Source of the DNA: Acidimicrobiia bacterium
GTDB lineage: Bacteria; Actinomycetota; Acidimicrobiia; Spongiisociales; ZC4RG35
Length of the DNA stretch: 64,000 bases
Direction of reading: 5' to 3'
NCBI GenBank assembly: GCA_965216495.1
Contig: OZ244163.1
Coordinates: 1,323,361 to 1,387,360, forward strand
This document shows, in pieces, positions 56,935 to 64,000 of this stretch. Position 1 is the first letter of the stretch; each line of letters starts with the position of its first letter. Below the pieces are notes generated by a model. It saw nothing but the letters and a program-made list of their open reading frames with translations, did no database searches and was not told where the DNA came from. Made by a program: the position numbers and the translations under genes.

Positions 56935-59304
56935 GTGCCCGAATCCTCAGTAAGAGGGACGATCGCCGGCAAGGAATTCACTCTCAGCACCGGAAAGTAC
57001 GCCGGTCAGGCTGACGGTTCCGTCGTCGTCAAGCTGGGCGGCAGCGAAATGCTGGTGACCGCCACTGCAAACAGAAAGATGCGGGAGGGCGTCGACTTTT
57101 TCCCTCTCACCGTCGACTTCGAAGAGCGGATGTACTCAGTCGGGCGTATCCCCGGCTCATTCTTCCGCCGCGAAGGTCGCCCGTCCGAGCAGGCCATTTT
57201 GACCTGTCGCTTGATCGATAGGCCGCTTCGGCCGTCGTTCGCCGACGGATACCGCTACGAGACCCATGTCGTGGTCACATCGTTGTCGGTCGACCAAGAG
57301 AATCCCTACGACGTCGTCGCGTTGAACGGTGCGTCAGCAGCTCTCAGCGTGTCGTCTATCCCATTCGACGGTCCCCTTGGTGGTGTTCGAATGGCCCTGG
57401 TCAAGGGCGAATGGGTTGCGTTTCCAACCGAGGAAGATCTCGACAACGCGGTTTTCGAGCTCGTTGTAGCCGGTCGTCGCAACGACCAAGGCGAGATCGA
57501 CATATCGATGGTCGAGGCCGGCGCCACAGAGAACGGCTTGCGGCTCGTCGCCGAGGGCGACCGGGCGTCGGATGAAGAGGCTGTCGCTGAAGGTCTCGAG
57601 CTTTCCAAGCAGTACATCGGTGAGATGATCGATCTCCAAAACGAGTTGATCTCTCAGGTGGACGTACCCACCCACGAGTGGGCCCTCGCCTCTGACTACT
57701 CCGATGAGATGCTCGCTCGAGTCTCCGAGATTGCTGAACGGCACCTCGGACCCGTCTTCGAGATCGCTGGCAAGCACGAACGTCAGGATGCAGAGGCCGC
57801 TGCCCTCGATTCGACAATCGCCGAGTTGGGTCTTGGCGAGGACGATGAAGAGGCCGCAGCCGAAGCCAAGCGTGCGTTCCGCTCGGTCTACAAGCGTATG
57901 GCACGTAGCCGGGTTGCCAATGAAGGTGTCCGTCTCGACGGACGTGGTGTGACCGACATTCGTCCCCTCACCATCGAGGTTGGGTCGATCGAGAGAGCTC
58001 ATGGTTCTGCGATGTTCCAGCGTGGTGAGACTCAGGTCCTGAACGTCACGACCTTGGGGATGCTGAAGATGGAGCAGATGCTCGACACCCTCGATCTCGC
58101 GGAGTCGAAGCGCTACATGCACCACTACAACTTCCCGCCGTTCTCAACCGGTGAAGCTGGGTTCATGAGAGGTCCCAAGCGTCGTGAGATCGGTCACGGT
58201 GCTCTTGCTGAGAAGGCTCTGCTTCCGGTCGTGCCTACATCGGATGACTTCCCGTACGCCCTTCGACTGGTGTCGGAAGTTCTGGCTTCCAACGGTTCAT
58301 CGTCGATGGCGTCGGTATGTGCATCCAGCCTTTCCTTGATGGATGCGGGTGTGCCGGTCAGTGCTCCCGTAGCGGGAATCGCCATGGGATTGATCTACCA
58401 CGAGGGCAATTACGTCACTCTCACCGACATTCTCGGCGCTGAGGACGCACTTGGAGACATGGACTTCAAGGTTGCGGGCACCAAGGACGCCATTACGGCT
58501 CTCCAGCTCGACACCAAGATCCAGGGTCTTCCCGCCGATGTGCTCAAGGGCGCCTTGAGCCAAGCCCGGGATGCTCGACTGTTCATTCTCGAAGCCATGG
58601 ACCAGGTCATCTCCGGCCCGCGTGAAGAAATGAACAAGTGGGCTCCGCGTATCGAGTCGATCGAGATTCCGAAGGACAAGATCGGCGAGGTCATCGGACC
58701 CAAGGGTGCCGTGATCCGCGAACTCGAAGAAGAGACCGGTGCGAACATCGAAATCGAAGAGGCCGAGGGAGTCGGCATCGTCCGAATCGCATCCAACGAT
58801 GGAGACGCACTGGCAGCCGCCAAAGAGCGGGTGACCCAGATCGCGTTCCCACCCGAGGCCGAGGTAGGCGAGGAGTACGACGGCAAGGTCGTGAACATCA
58901 CCAAGTTCGGAGCCTTCGTCAACATCCTCCCGGGTCGTGATGGTCTGCTGCACATTTCTCGTCTCGACGGTTCCAAGCGTGTCGAGCGGGTTGAGGACTA
59001 CCTCTCCGATGGAGATGAGCTCAAAGTGCGAGTCCGTGAGATCGAGCGAGGCAAGGTCAGCCTCGAACTAGTGGAGGCCCTCGAAGGGGCCACCCTCCCC
59101 AGCTCTGACAGCGGCTCTGGGGGCGGTTCCGGTGGTAAGGGGCGTCGCAACGATGACCGTCGCGACCGCAACCAGCGGCGTAATCGCGACCGCAAGGATG
59201 ATCGCTCTGACCGGTCTGACAGCAACGACTCAGGTAGCAACGGTGGAAGTCGGAGACGTGCCGCCAAGAGCTTCTCTGAGGCCTTCGAGGCAATGGACGA
59301 CTGA
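56935..59304 (+). CDS. pnp: polyribonucleotide nucleotidyltransferase (PNPase) with Arg/Asp-rich C-terminal tail
   Basis: 789 aa; two RNase PH domains, KH and S1; GTG start with ATAGGAGG upstream. Confidence 0.95.
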   Translation: MPESSVRGTIAGKEFTLSTGKYAGQADGSVVVKLGGSEMLVTATANRKMREGVDFFPLTVDFEERMYSVGRIPGSFFRREGRPSEQAILTCRLIDRPLRPSFADGYRYETHVVVTSLSVDQENPYDVVALNGASAALSVSSIPFDGPLGGVRMALVKGEWVAFPTEEDLDNAVFELVVAGRRNDQGEIDISMVEAGATENGLRLVAEGDRASDEEAVAEGLELSKQYIGEMIDLQNELISQVDVPTHEWALASDYSDEMLARVSEIAERHLGPVFEIAGKHERQDAEAAALDSTIAELGLGEDDEEAAAEAKRAFRSVYKRMARSRVANEGVRLDGRGVTDIRPLTIEVGSIERAHGSAMFQRGETQVLNVTTLGMLKMEQMLDTLDLAESKRYMHHYNFPPFSTGEAGFMRGPKRREIGHGALAEKALLPVVPTSDDFPYALRLVSEVLASNGSSSMASVCASSLSLMDAGVPVSAPVAGIAMGLIYHEGNYVTLTDILGAEDALGDMDFKVAGTKDAITALQLDTKIQGLPADVLKGALSQARDARLFILEAMDQVISGPREEMNKWAPRIESIEIPKDKIGEVIGPKGAVIRELEEETGANIEIEEAEGVGIVRIASNDGDALAAAKERVTQIAFPPEAEVGEEYDGKVVNITKFGAFVNILPGRDGLLHISRLDGSKRVERVEDYLSDGDELKVRVREIERGKVSLELVEALEGATLPSSDSGSGGGSGGKGRRNDDRRDRNQRRNRDRKDDRSDRSDSNDSGSNGGSRRRAAKSFSEAFEAMDD

Positions 59305-59310
59305 CATCAC

Positions 59311-59393
59311 GAACCTAAGGTTCCTAGGCCCATATACGGGCCTAGGAACCTCAGGTTCGCTGGAAGGGGGACCGCGTGCGGTCCCCCTTCTTT
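59311..59393 (+). terminator. tandem hairpins after pnp: 21-bp stem (1 mismatch) with 6-nt loop, then GC-rich hairpin + TTCTTT intrinsic terminator
   Basis: 59311-59358 gaacctaaggttcctaggccc-atatac-gggcctaggaacctcaggttc; 59366-59393 gggggaccgc-gt-gcggtccccc-ttcttt. Confidence 0.7.
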
Positions 59394-59404
59394 ACAATGG
59401 AGGC

Positions 59405-60106
59405 GTGGCAGTCAATCTTCGAGGGCGGGTCGTGCTGGTTGGAGCCGAACCGCCCGGTACTCAGGTGACCGTGGTCGCCGACGGCGCAGAGTTGTCGATA
59501 GTCGTCGATGGGCGAAGTCTCGGCGTGTGGGATGTTCATGACGTGGGTCTCAGAGCCTCAGGTAACGGCTTTCGATTAAGGGTCCATGGAGAGCATCTAG
59601 AACTGCACACCGAGGATGATGCCGCGTTGGCTGATGAGTTGGGGCTGGCGACCCTCACCCCGAGGCTCGCTAGGCAGGTCGCGACGCGTCACAACCCTGA
59701 GCCTCGTCCGGTCGTAGTCGACGAGCCCATGCCGATTCCGAGCCGTCTGGCTTCGATCGCCTTCGCGGTGGGTGGAGGGATGGTGCTGTTGGGCGGCAGC
59801 TTTCTCGCTCGAACACCCTCCACGGTTGGGTTGTTTGGCTCCATGGGTTCAGACAACTTCTGGGGGGCATTTGTCCTGGGTGGCACGCTGATGGTGGCAG
59901 CCGCGTTCATCATGTCGATCGGTGTTCGTTGGGCCCGCGCTGTCGCATTGGTGGTCTTGCTCGCGACAATCGGAATGTTCGGGTTGTCCGCCTCTGGAGC
60001 CGAATCGGTGTCGACGGCCCAGTTGACAGCATATGGGTTCATCGCAGGTGGCGTGGTCATCGGCATCGCGGTGATGGTTGCCGGCAGCCTTCGCGACTCA
60101 CGCTGA
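59405..60106 (+). CDS. hypothetical membrane protein (soluble N-domain + 3-4 C-terminal TM helices); start 59405 or 59432
   Basis: The track ORF's 5' part (59132-59404) overlaps pnp and the terminators; GTG candidates at 59405 and 59432 (GAGGG 6 nt upstream); C-terminal hydrophobic segments. Confidence 0.45.
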   Translation: MAVNLRGRVVLVGAEPPGTQVTVVADGAELSIVVDGRSLGVWDVHDVGLRASGNGFRLRVHGEHLELHTEDDAALADELGLATLTPRLARQVATRHNPEPRPVVVDEPMPIPSRLASIAFAVGGGMVLLGGSFLARTPSTVGLFGSMGSDNFWGAFVLGGTLMVAAAFIMSIGVRWARAVALVVLLATIGMFGLSASGAESVSTAQLTAYGFIAGGVVIGIAVMVAGSLRDSR

Positions 60107-60107
60107 A

Positions 60108-60995
60108 ATGCCGGAACTCCCAGACATTGTTGTCTATCTCGAGGCACTCGAGCGACGCGTGGTTGGTCATATAGCCACCGGATTCCGAGTGGCATCTCCC
60201 TCGGTCATGCGGACGTTCGAGCCTTCATACGAGGAGGTGAAAGGACACAAAGTCACTGGTCTGAGGCGTGTCGGTAAGCGAGTGGTCTTCGAGTTCGAAG
60301 ACGACCTTTTCCTGGTCATCCACCTGATGGTGGCTGGGCGACTGCGGTGGGAGGAACCGGGGAAAGCGATCCCACGCCGCGTAGGCCTTGCTGCAATCGA
60401 TTTCGACCATGGCTCGGTGCTCTTGACTGAACAAGGCACTCGCAAGCGAGCCGGGATCTGGCTGTCGCGAGGATTCGATGGGGTGGCGGAATTGGATCGT
60501 GGCGGAGTAGAGCCACTTGACATCACTGCCAAAGAGTTTGCCGAAAAGGTTCGCTCTCAGAACCGGACCCTCAAGAGAATCTTGACCGACCCGCGCATCT
60601 TCTCAGGCATAGGCAACGCATACTCGGACGAAATCCTATGGGAGGCGCGTTTGTCGCCGGTCAAACGAACCGGGCAATTGACCGACGAAGAGGTGATGGC
60701 GCTACACCAAGCCGTTGTGTCCTCCCTCGAGATGTGGACAGAGCGTTTGAGGGAGGAAGTAGGGGATGGATGGCCTACGAAGGTGACGGCTTTCAGAAAA
60801 GACATGGCGGTCCATGGGAAATTCAAAGAGGCATGTCCAAGATGTGGCTCGCCCGTTCAAAGGATCGTGTATTCGTCGAACGAGACGAACTATTGCGCTA
60901 CCTGTCAGACCAACGGAAAACTGTTGGCTGATCGATCGCTATCGAGGCTCCTAAAGGACGATTGGCCAACCTCAATAGAGGAACTCGAGATCTGA
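60108..60995 (+). CDS. Fpg/Nei-family DNA glycosylase/AP lyase
   Basis: Start at MPELPDIVVY (the Pro2/Glu3 catalytic N-terminus), H2TH, C-terminal zinc finger CPRCGSPVQRIVYSSNETNYCATCQ. Confidence 0.85.
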   Translation: MPELPDIVVYLEALERRVVGHIATGFRVASPSVMRTFEPSYEEVKGHKVTGLRRVGKRVVFEFEDDLFLVIHLMVAGRLRWEEPGKAIPRRVGLAAIDFDHGSVLLTEQGTRKRAGIWLSRGFDGVAELDRGGVEPLDITAKEFAEKVRSQNRTLKRILTDPRIFSGIGNAYSDEILWEARLSPVKRTGQLTDEEVMALHQAVVSSLEMWTERLREEVGDGWPTKVTAFRKDMAVHGKFKEACPRCGSPVQRIVYSSNETNYCATCQTNGKLLADRSLSRLLKDDWPTSIEELEI

Positions 60996-60996
60996 G

Positions 60997-61413
60997 TCAG
61001 GCTTCGATCTGGCGCGCGCCCATGTAGCACATGACAAAGCCGGCATAGGCGGCCAGGGCACCAACGACAGTTCCAAACGATCCGTAACTGTTGAATCGCA
61101 GATCGAGTAGAAGTTCAACCGCTCCAAACAACGCAAGGGTGTAGCCCAGCACCTTCATGAGCAAGGGAAGAGGATGAAATTTCTCGACGGTGTTGCGGTC
61201 GATTCGAGGCAGAAGAGCTGCGGCGGCTGCAACCACCGCGATGGTGTTGTTCATGCCGTAGTTGTCAAGGAACAGGTCGAATATGAGCCACACCGCTACC
61301 AGGACGATCGCGCCGAAGGCGACCAGGCCTTCTCCGCTAGTGAACTCTCCGTCGGTTGTATCTAACCCTTCTTTCGGTTCTTCGGGCATCAGTTCCATCG
61401 GTTCGTCGCTCAT
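60997..61413 (-). CDS. hypothetical membrane protein (acidic N-terminus, 3 TM)
   Basis: 138 aa; divergent from imuA' and shares the LexA-box intergenic region. Confidence 0.45.
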   Translation of the reverse strand: MSDEPMELMPEEPKEGLDTTDGEFTSGEGLVAFGAIVLVAVWLIFDLFLDNYGMNNTIAVVAAAAALLPRIDRNTVEKFHPLPLLMKVLGYTLALFGAVELLLDLRFNSYGSFGTVVGALAAYAGFVMCYMGARQIEA

Positions 61414-61482
61414 GTTTCCTTTCCGTCGCTGATGACTCTATTTGGTGTTTTTGGCACATGAGCTTAAAAGACCACTTTCTTA

Positions 61483-61498
61483 TCGAACATATGTTCGA
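61483..61498. promoter_or_regulatory. LexA (SOS) box TCGAAC-ATAT-GTTCGA
   Basis: Perfect match to the actinobacterial LexA consensus TCGAAC-N4-GTTCGA, 4 nt upstream of the imuA' ATG and within the 90-bp divergent region. Confidence 0.75.
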
Positions 61499-61502
61499 TA
61501 AG

Positions 61503-62192
61503 ATGCTCTGCCCGACCTGGAGACAAATGGTCTCGATAGCCGGTTCTGGCGACATCCAAAACACCCTCACGACGCGTCCCGACTTGGCGGACGGAGTCCA
61601 ACAAGTACTCGAAATTCGGCCCGGGCGTGTTGCCGAATTGGTAGGACCTCATGGGGCGGGCATGACTCGTCTTGGTCTGAAGTTGATCGCCCCATACTCC
61701 CAAATAGGGCCGGTTGCCGTCATCGACACTCATGGATGGATCTCGCCAAAGGCAGCTTGGGAGGCAGGAGTAGACGAAGGCAGGCTGGTAATGGTCAGAT
61801 GCATCGAGAGGAACCAGTGGCCGCGTGTCGTTGCTGCCCTGCTCGAGGGCATTGGTGCCTTGTACGCGGAGGTTCCATCGGGGATAAGGGCAGAAGACCT
61901 GAGACGTCTTACTGCTCTGGCCAGAGCGCGAGGAGTCGCGGTTGTCATGCGTTCCAACTCAGGCGCTCTGCCGGTAGGAGTCGCTTATGTCAGATTCCGT
62001 GGTCTTGGTGTCACCTGGGAGGGTGCCAATCACGGCCATGGTCGCCTAGGTCGACGACGCATCCTCGTCGAAGCTTCTGGCAAGGGGGCTAGAGGGGTAA
62101 CCAGACGATACGAGATAGAAGATGAAGGCACGGACGCTATGTGTCTGGTTTCCGATGTGGTCATTGACCAGGCCAGACGCTCGGTCGGCTGA
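61503..62192 (+). CDS. imuA: ImuA' (RecA-fold / SulA-like) protein of the imuA-imuB mutasome cassette
   Basis: Start placed after the LexA box (MLCPTWRQMVS..); ..VLEIRPGRVAELVGPHGAGMTRLGLKLIA.. resembles the RecA-like P-loop region of ImuA'; followed by imuB. Confidence 0.6.
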   Translation: MLCPTWRQMVSIAGSGDIQNTLTTRPDLADGVQQVLEIRPGRVAELVGPHGAGMTRLGLKLIAPYSQIGPVAVIDTHGWISPKAAWEAGVDEGRLVMVRCIERNQWPRVVAALLEGIGALYAEVPSGIRAEDLRRLTALARARGVAVVMRSNSGALPVGVAYVRFRGLGVTWEGANHGHGRLGRRRILVEASGKGARGVTRRYEIEDEGTDAMCLVSDVVIDQARRSVG

Positions 62193-63609
62193 CTCGGTAC
62201 TGATTGTCGACAACCGGGTGACCGGAGCCACAGCAGACGTGCTCGCCGCAGGAGTATCTCTGGGCATGCCGAGGCGAGAAGCTGAGGCCTTGGCTCCGTT
62301 TGCCACTCTGATGATCCGTGACGAGAGCGAAGAGACACGTCGCTTCGAAGAGGTAGTGACCACGATTGAGGGCCTCGTTCCCAAGGTCGAGGTGGTATCG
62401 CCAGGTTTGGTCTTTGTTCCCACGTCCGGCGCCGTGAAGTTTTACGGAGGGGAACAAGAATTGGCCGATGTCATAGTGGATAGGGTCGCGACCCTTGTGG
62501 GTGTTGGGCCCGGAACTCAGTTCGGTGTTGGGGTGGCTGATGGCCCGTTTGCTGCTCGTTGGGCGGCCGGAAGCACACCTACAGGTGTCGCCACCGTCGT
62601 CGAGGACACTCACCGTTTTCTCAGCAGTCTCGACTTGGGATCGCTTCGCGAGGAGATGGGTGGCACCGAGATGATCGACACGTTTCGGTGGCTCGGGTTG
62701 GCAACACTCGGTGATCTCGCTCGGCTACCGCGGGGGACAATCGCATCGCGATTTGGCAACTCTGGCTTGTTGGCTCACGAACTCGCAAACGGAGAGGATC
62801 GGAGTGTTCTCCCGCGAGAGATTCCTGCCGAGTTGGCGGTTTCCATGCAACTCGAAGAGCCCCTGGAGACCCTGGACGCGGTTGCATTCGCAGGGAGAAA
62901 TCTTGCTGAAAGACTCCTGGTGACGATGAGGTCGATGGGAGTGGCTCCCCATGCCGTCACCATCACTGCGGAGCCACTCCAAGGCCCGCCCCGTGTCAGA
63001 GTGTGGAGATCTGCAGACCCATTCACTGAAAGAGCACTCAACGATCGAGTTTGGTGGCAGCTTCGAGCATGGGTCGAAACGGGTGGTGTGTCCGGTGGAA
63101 TTGTTGCCTTGGCAATTGAACCATCCGACCTGTCGGGCGAGGGTCGTCAGCTCGGTTTGCTCACAGATGAGTCGTCTCTGATCGAGGCAGATCGAGCCTT
63201 GAGCCGTGTGCAGACAATTCTGGGTCCTGATGGGGTTCTGCAGGGAAGACCACAGGGAGGAAGAATGCCTGCAGAGCAAGTGTCGTGGTCGAGGTGGAAC
63301 GAGGAACCAACTTCAGCGTCGCGAGCGGCCAACGCGCCCTGGCCAGGGGAGACTCCCAAACCCACTCCGTCTCTCGTGTTGGAGGATCTAGAGCCACTGC
63401 CGGTGGAATGGGATGGAGGGATGCCGGTTCGGGTGCGGTTAGGTACTCGTTGGGAAGAGGTCCTCACCTGGACCGGGCCCTGGCGTCTCAGCGGAAGATG
63501 GTGGACAGGTGAACCTTCGGCAGATCGCTATCAGTTGGTAACTTCGGTCGGCGCGTTCTTGTGTGTAGTAGTCGAAGGTCTCACCTATCTCGCGGGGATC
63601 TACGACTGA
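62122..63609 (+). CDS. imuB: ImuB (catalytically inactive Y-family polymerase-like protein)
   Basis: N-terminus RTLCVWFPMWSL (cf. ImuB R-LALW-PDWP), Y-family palm/fingers without the catalytic acidic triad, long C-terminal extension; 71-nt overlap with imuA'. Confidence 0.75.
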   Translation: MKARTLCVWFPMWSLTRPDARSADSVLIVDNRVTGATADVLAAGVSLGMPRREAEALAPFATLMIRDESEETRRFEEVVTTIEGLVPKVEVVSPGLVFVPTSGAVKFYGGEQELADVIVDRVATLVGVGPGTQFGVGVADGPFAARWAAGSTPTGVATVVEDTHRFLSSLDLGSLREEMGGTEMIDTFRWLGLATLGDLARLPRGTIASRFGNSGLLAHELANGEDRSVLPREIPAELAVSMQLEEPLETLDAVAFAGRNLAERLLVTMRSMGVAPHAVTITAEPLQGPPRVRVWRSADPFTERALNDRVWWQLRAWVETGGVSGGIVALAIEPSDLSGEGRQLGLLTDESSLIEADRALSRVQTILGPDGVLQGRPQGGRMPAEQVSWSRWNEEPTSASRAANAPWPGETPKPTPSLVLEDLEPLPVEWDGGMPVRVRLGTRWEEVLTWTGPWRLSGRWWTGEPSADRYQLVTSVGAFLCVVVEGLTYLAGIYD

Positions 63610-64000
63610 CCGACAGCCCCACCCATCGACTTCACTCGTCCGGCGATCAGTTCGTGAACGTTGTCGCGCAGCTCGGTCACGTCGGCCCTTTCGAGTCCTT
63701 CGGTTTCGATCGCCGGATCAACAACCGCGATCACATGACCGCCGTGGAACCAAGGTTTGCCCGGTGCGGCTGCCTCGTAGCTGCCATGGATCGACAGGGG
63801 CAATACAGGCAGCTGAGCAGCAATCGCCATGGTGAAGGCGCCCTTCTTGAAAGACTTCATGACGCCGTTGCGTGGTCTTGTCCCCTCGGCGTAGATGATC
63901 AAACTGCGCTTGTTCTCGATGAGGGTTTTGGCCTGTCGGTTCACCGACGCATGTGTCGCGCCACGGGCGGCGCGGTCAACCTCGATGATCCCTACGGCCC
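63600..64000 (-). CDS. 1-acyl-sn-glycerol-3-phosphate acyltransferase family protein, N-terminus beyond window
   Basis: ..IYAEGTRPRNG.. acyltransferase motif III; the frame stays open to the window edge. Confidence 0.6.
   Translation of the reverse strand, partial: AVGIIEVDRAARGATHASVNRQAKTLIENKRSLIIYAEGTRPRNGVMKSFKKGAFTMAIAAQLPVLPLSIHGSYEAAAPGKPWFHGGHVIAVVDPAIETEGLERADVTELRDNVHELIAGRVKSMGGAVGQS

Noticed and set aside
61356-61502. 5' extension of imuA' ORF reading through the LexA box
   Set aside because: The operator must precede the start. ATG 61503 lies 4 nt after the box and before the conserved region.
1-64000. tRNA, rRNA, tmRNA, SRP-RNA, IS elements, integrase/att sites
   Set aside because: No T-loop-like GTTCRANYC motifs in intergenic regions, no transposase or integrase ORFs other than the housekeeping xerC, and no long non-coding gaps. 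None can be supported by eye.

Overview
This 64-kb window is a densely coding, high-GC (roughly 60 %) actinobacterial-type chromosomal segment with about 75 CDS. I found no rRNA, tRNA, CRISPR array or IS element in it. Positions 1-21 kb form an almost uninterrupted minus-strand block: a cdd fragment, DUF3052, a SAM-methyltransferase, etfBA, deoA, a SIMPL protein, an alkyltransferase-like protein coupled to upp, ppc and an LCP protein. That block also holds a Na/Pi-cotransporter / DUF47 / Na/Pi-cotransporter phosphate module, an orphan XdhC-CoxE(VWA)-CoxD(MoxR) cofactor-maturation module, DinB, two VOC proteins, a flavin reductase, a serpin lipoprotein and a DUF2087 protein. From 21 kb onward the backbone is the conserved actinobacterial translation / SRP / isoprenoid neighbourhood in the same order as Mycobacterium Rv2916c to Rv2783c. 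The order is ffh-rpsP-KH-rimM-[lipoprotein/thiolase/His-rich peptide]-trmD-rplS-lepB-DUF2469-yraN-[ABC-2 transporter, ECH, deaminase, GGT]-comM-dprA-xerC-WhiG-like sigma-ybaK-queG-rpsB-tsf-pyrH-frr-cdsA-dxr-rip-ispG-[ECF sigma/anti-sigma]-proS-rimP-nusA-infB-rbfA-nrnA-truB-ribF-rpsO-pnp-hypothetical-fpg/nei-membrane protein-[LexA box]-imuA'-imuB-plsC(partial); rnhB and ylxR are absent from their usual slots. Observations I rank highest for follow-up: (1) a secreted His-rich mini-protein ending in CDHHHHH, with a perfect 12-bp palindrome on its ribosome-binding site; (2) several conserved genes (methyltransferase, serpin lipoprotein, lepB, yraN) whose conserved N-termini lie upstream of any in-frame ATG/GTG/TTG, implying non-canonical ATC/CTG initiation or frameshifts; (3) a paralogous Na/Pi-cotransporter pair, one fused to PhoU-like domains and one split from a separate DUF47 gene; (4) an XdhC/CoxE/CoxD maturation module with a split XdhC and no molybdoenzyme nearby; (5) two tandem 39-bp palindromic modules in a convergent intergenic region; (6) an ECF sigma/anti-sigma pair whose anti-sigma ends in a (GQGQG)n tail encoded by a slippage-prone 15-bp tandem repeat; (7) a perfect actinobacterial LexA box between a membrane-protein gene and an imuA'-imuB mutasome cassette lacking dnaE2. 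All calls rest on reading the supplied translations and DNA by eye. No database search was run.
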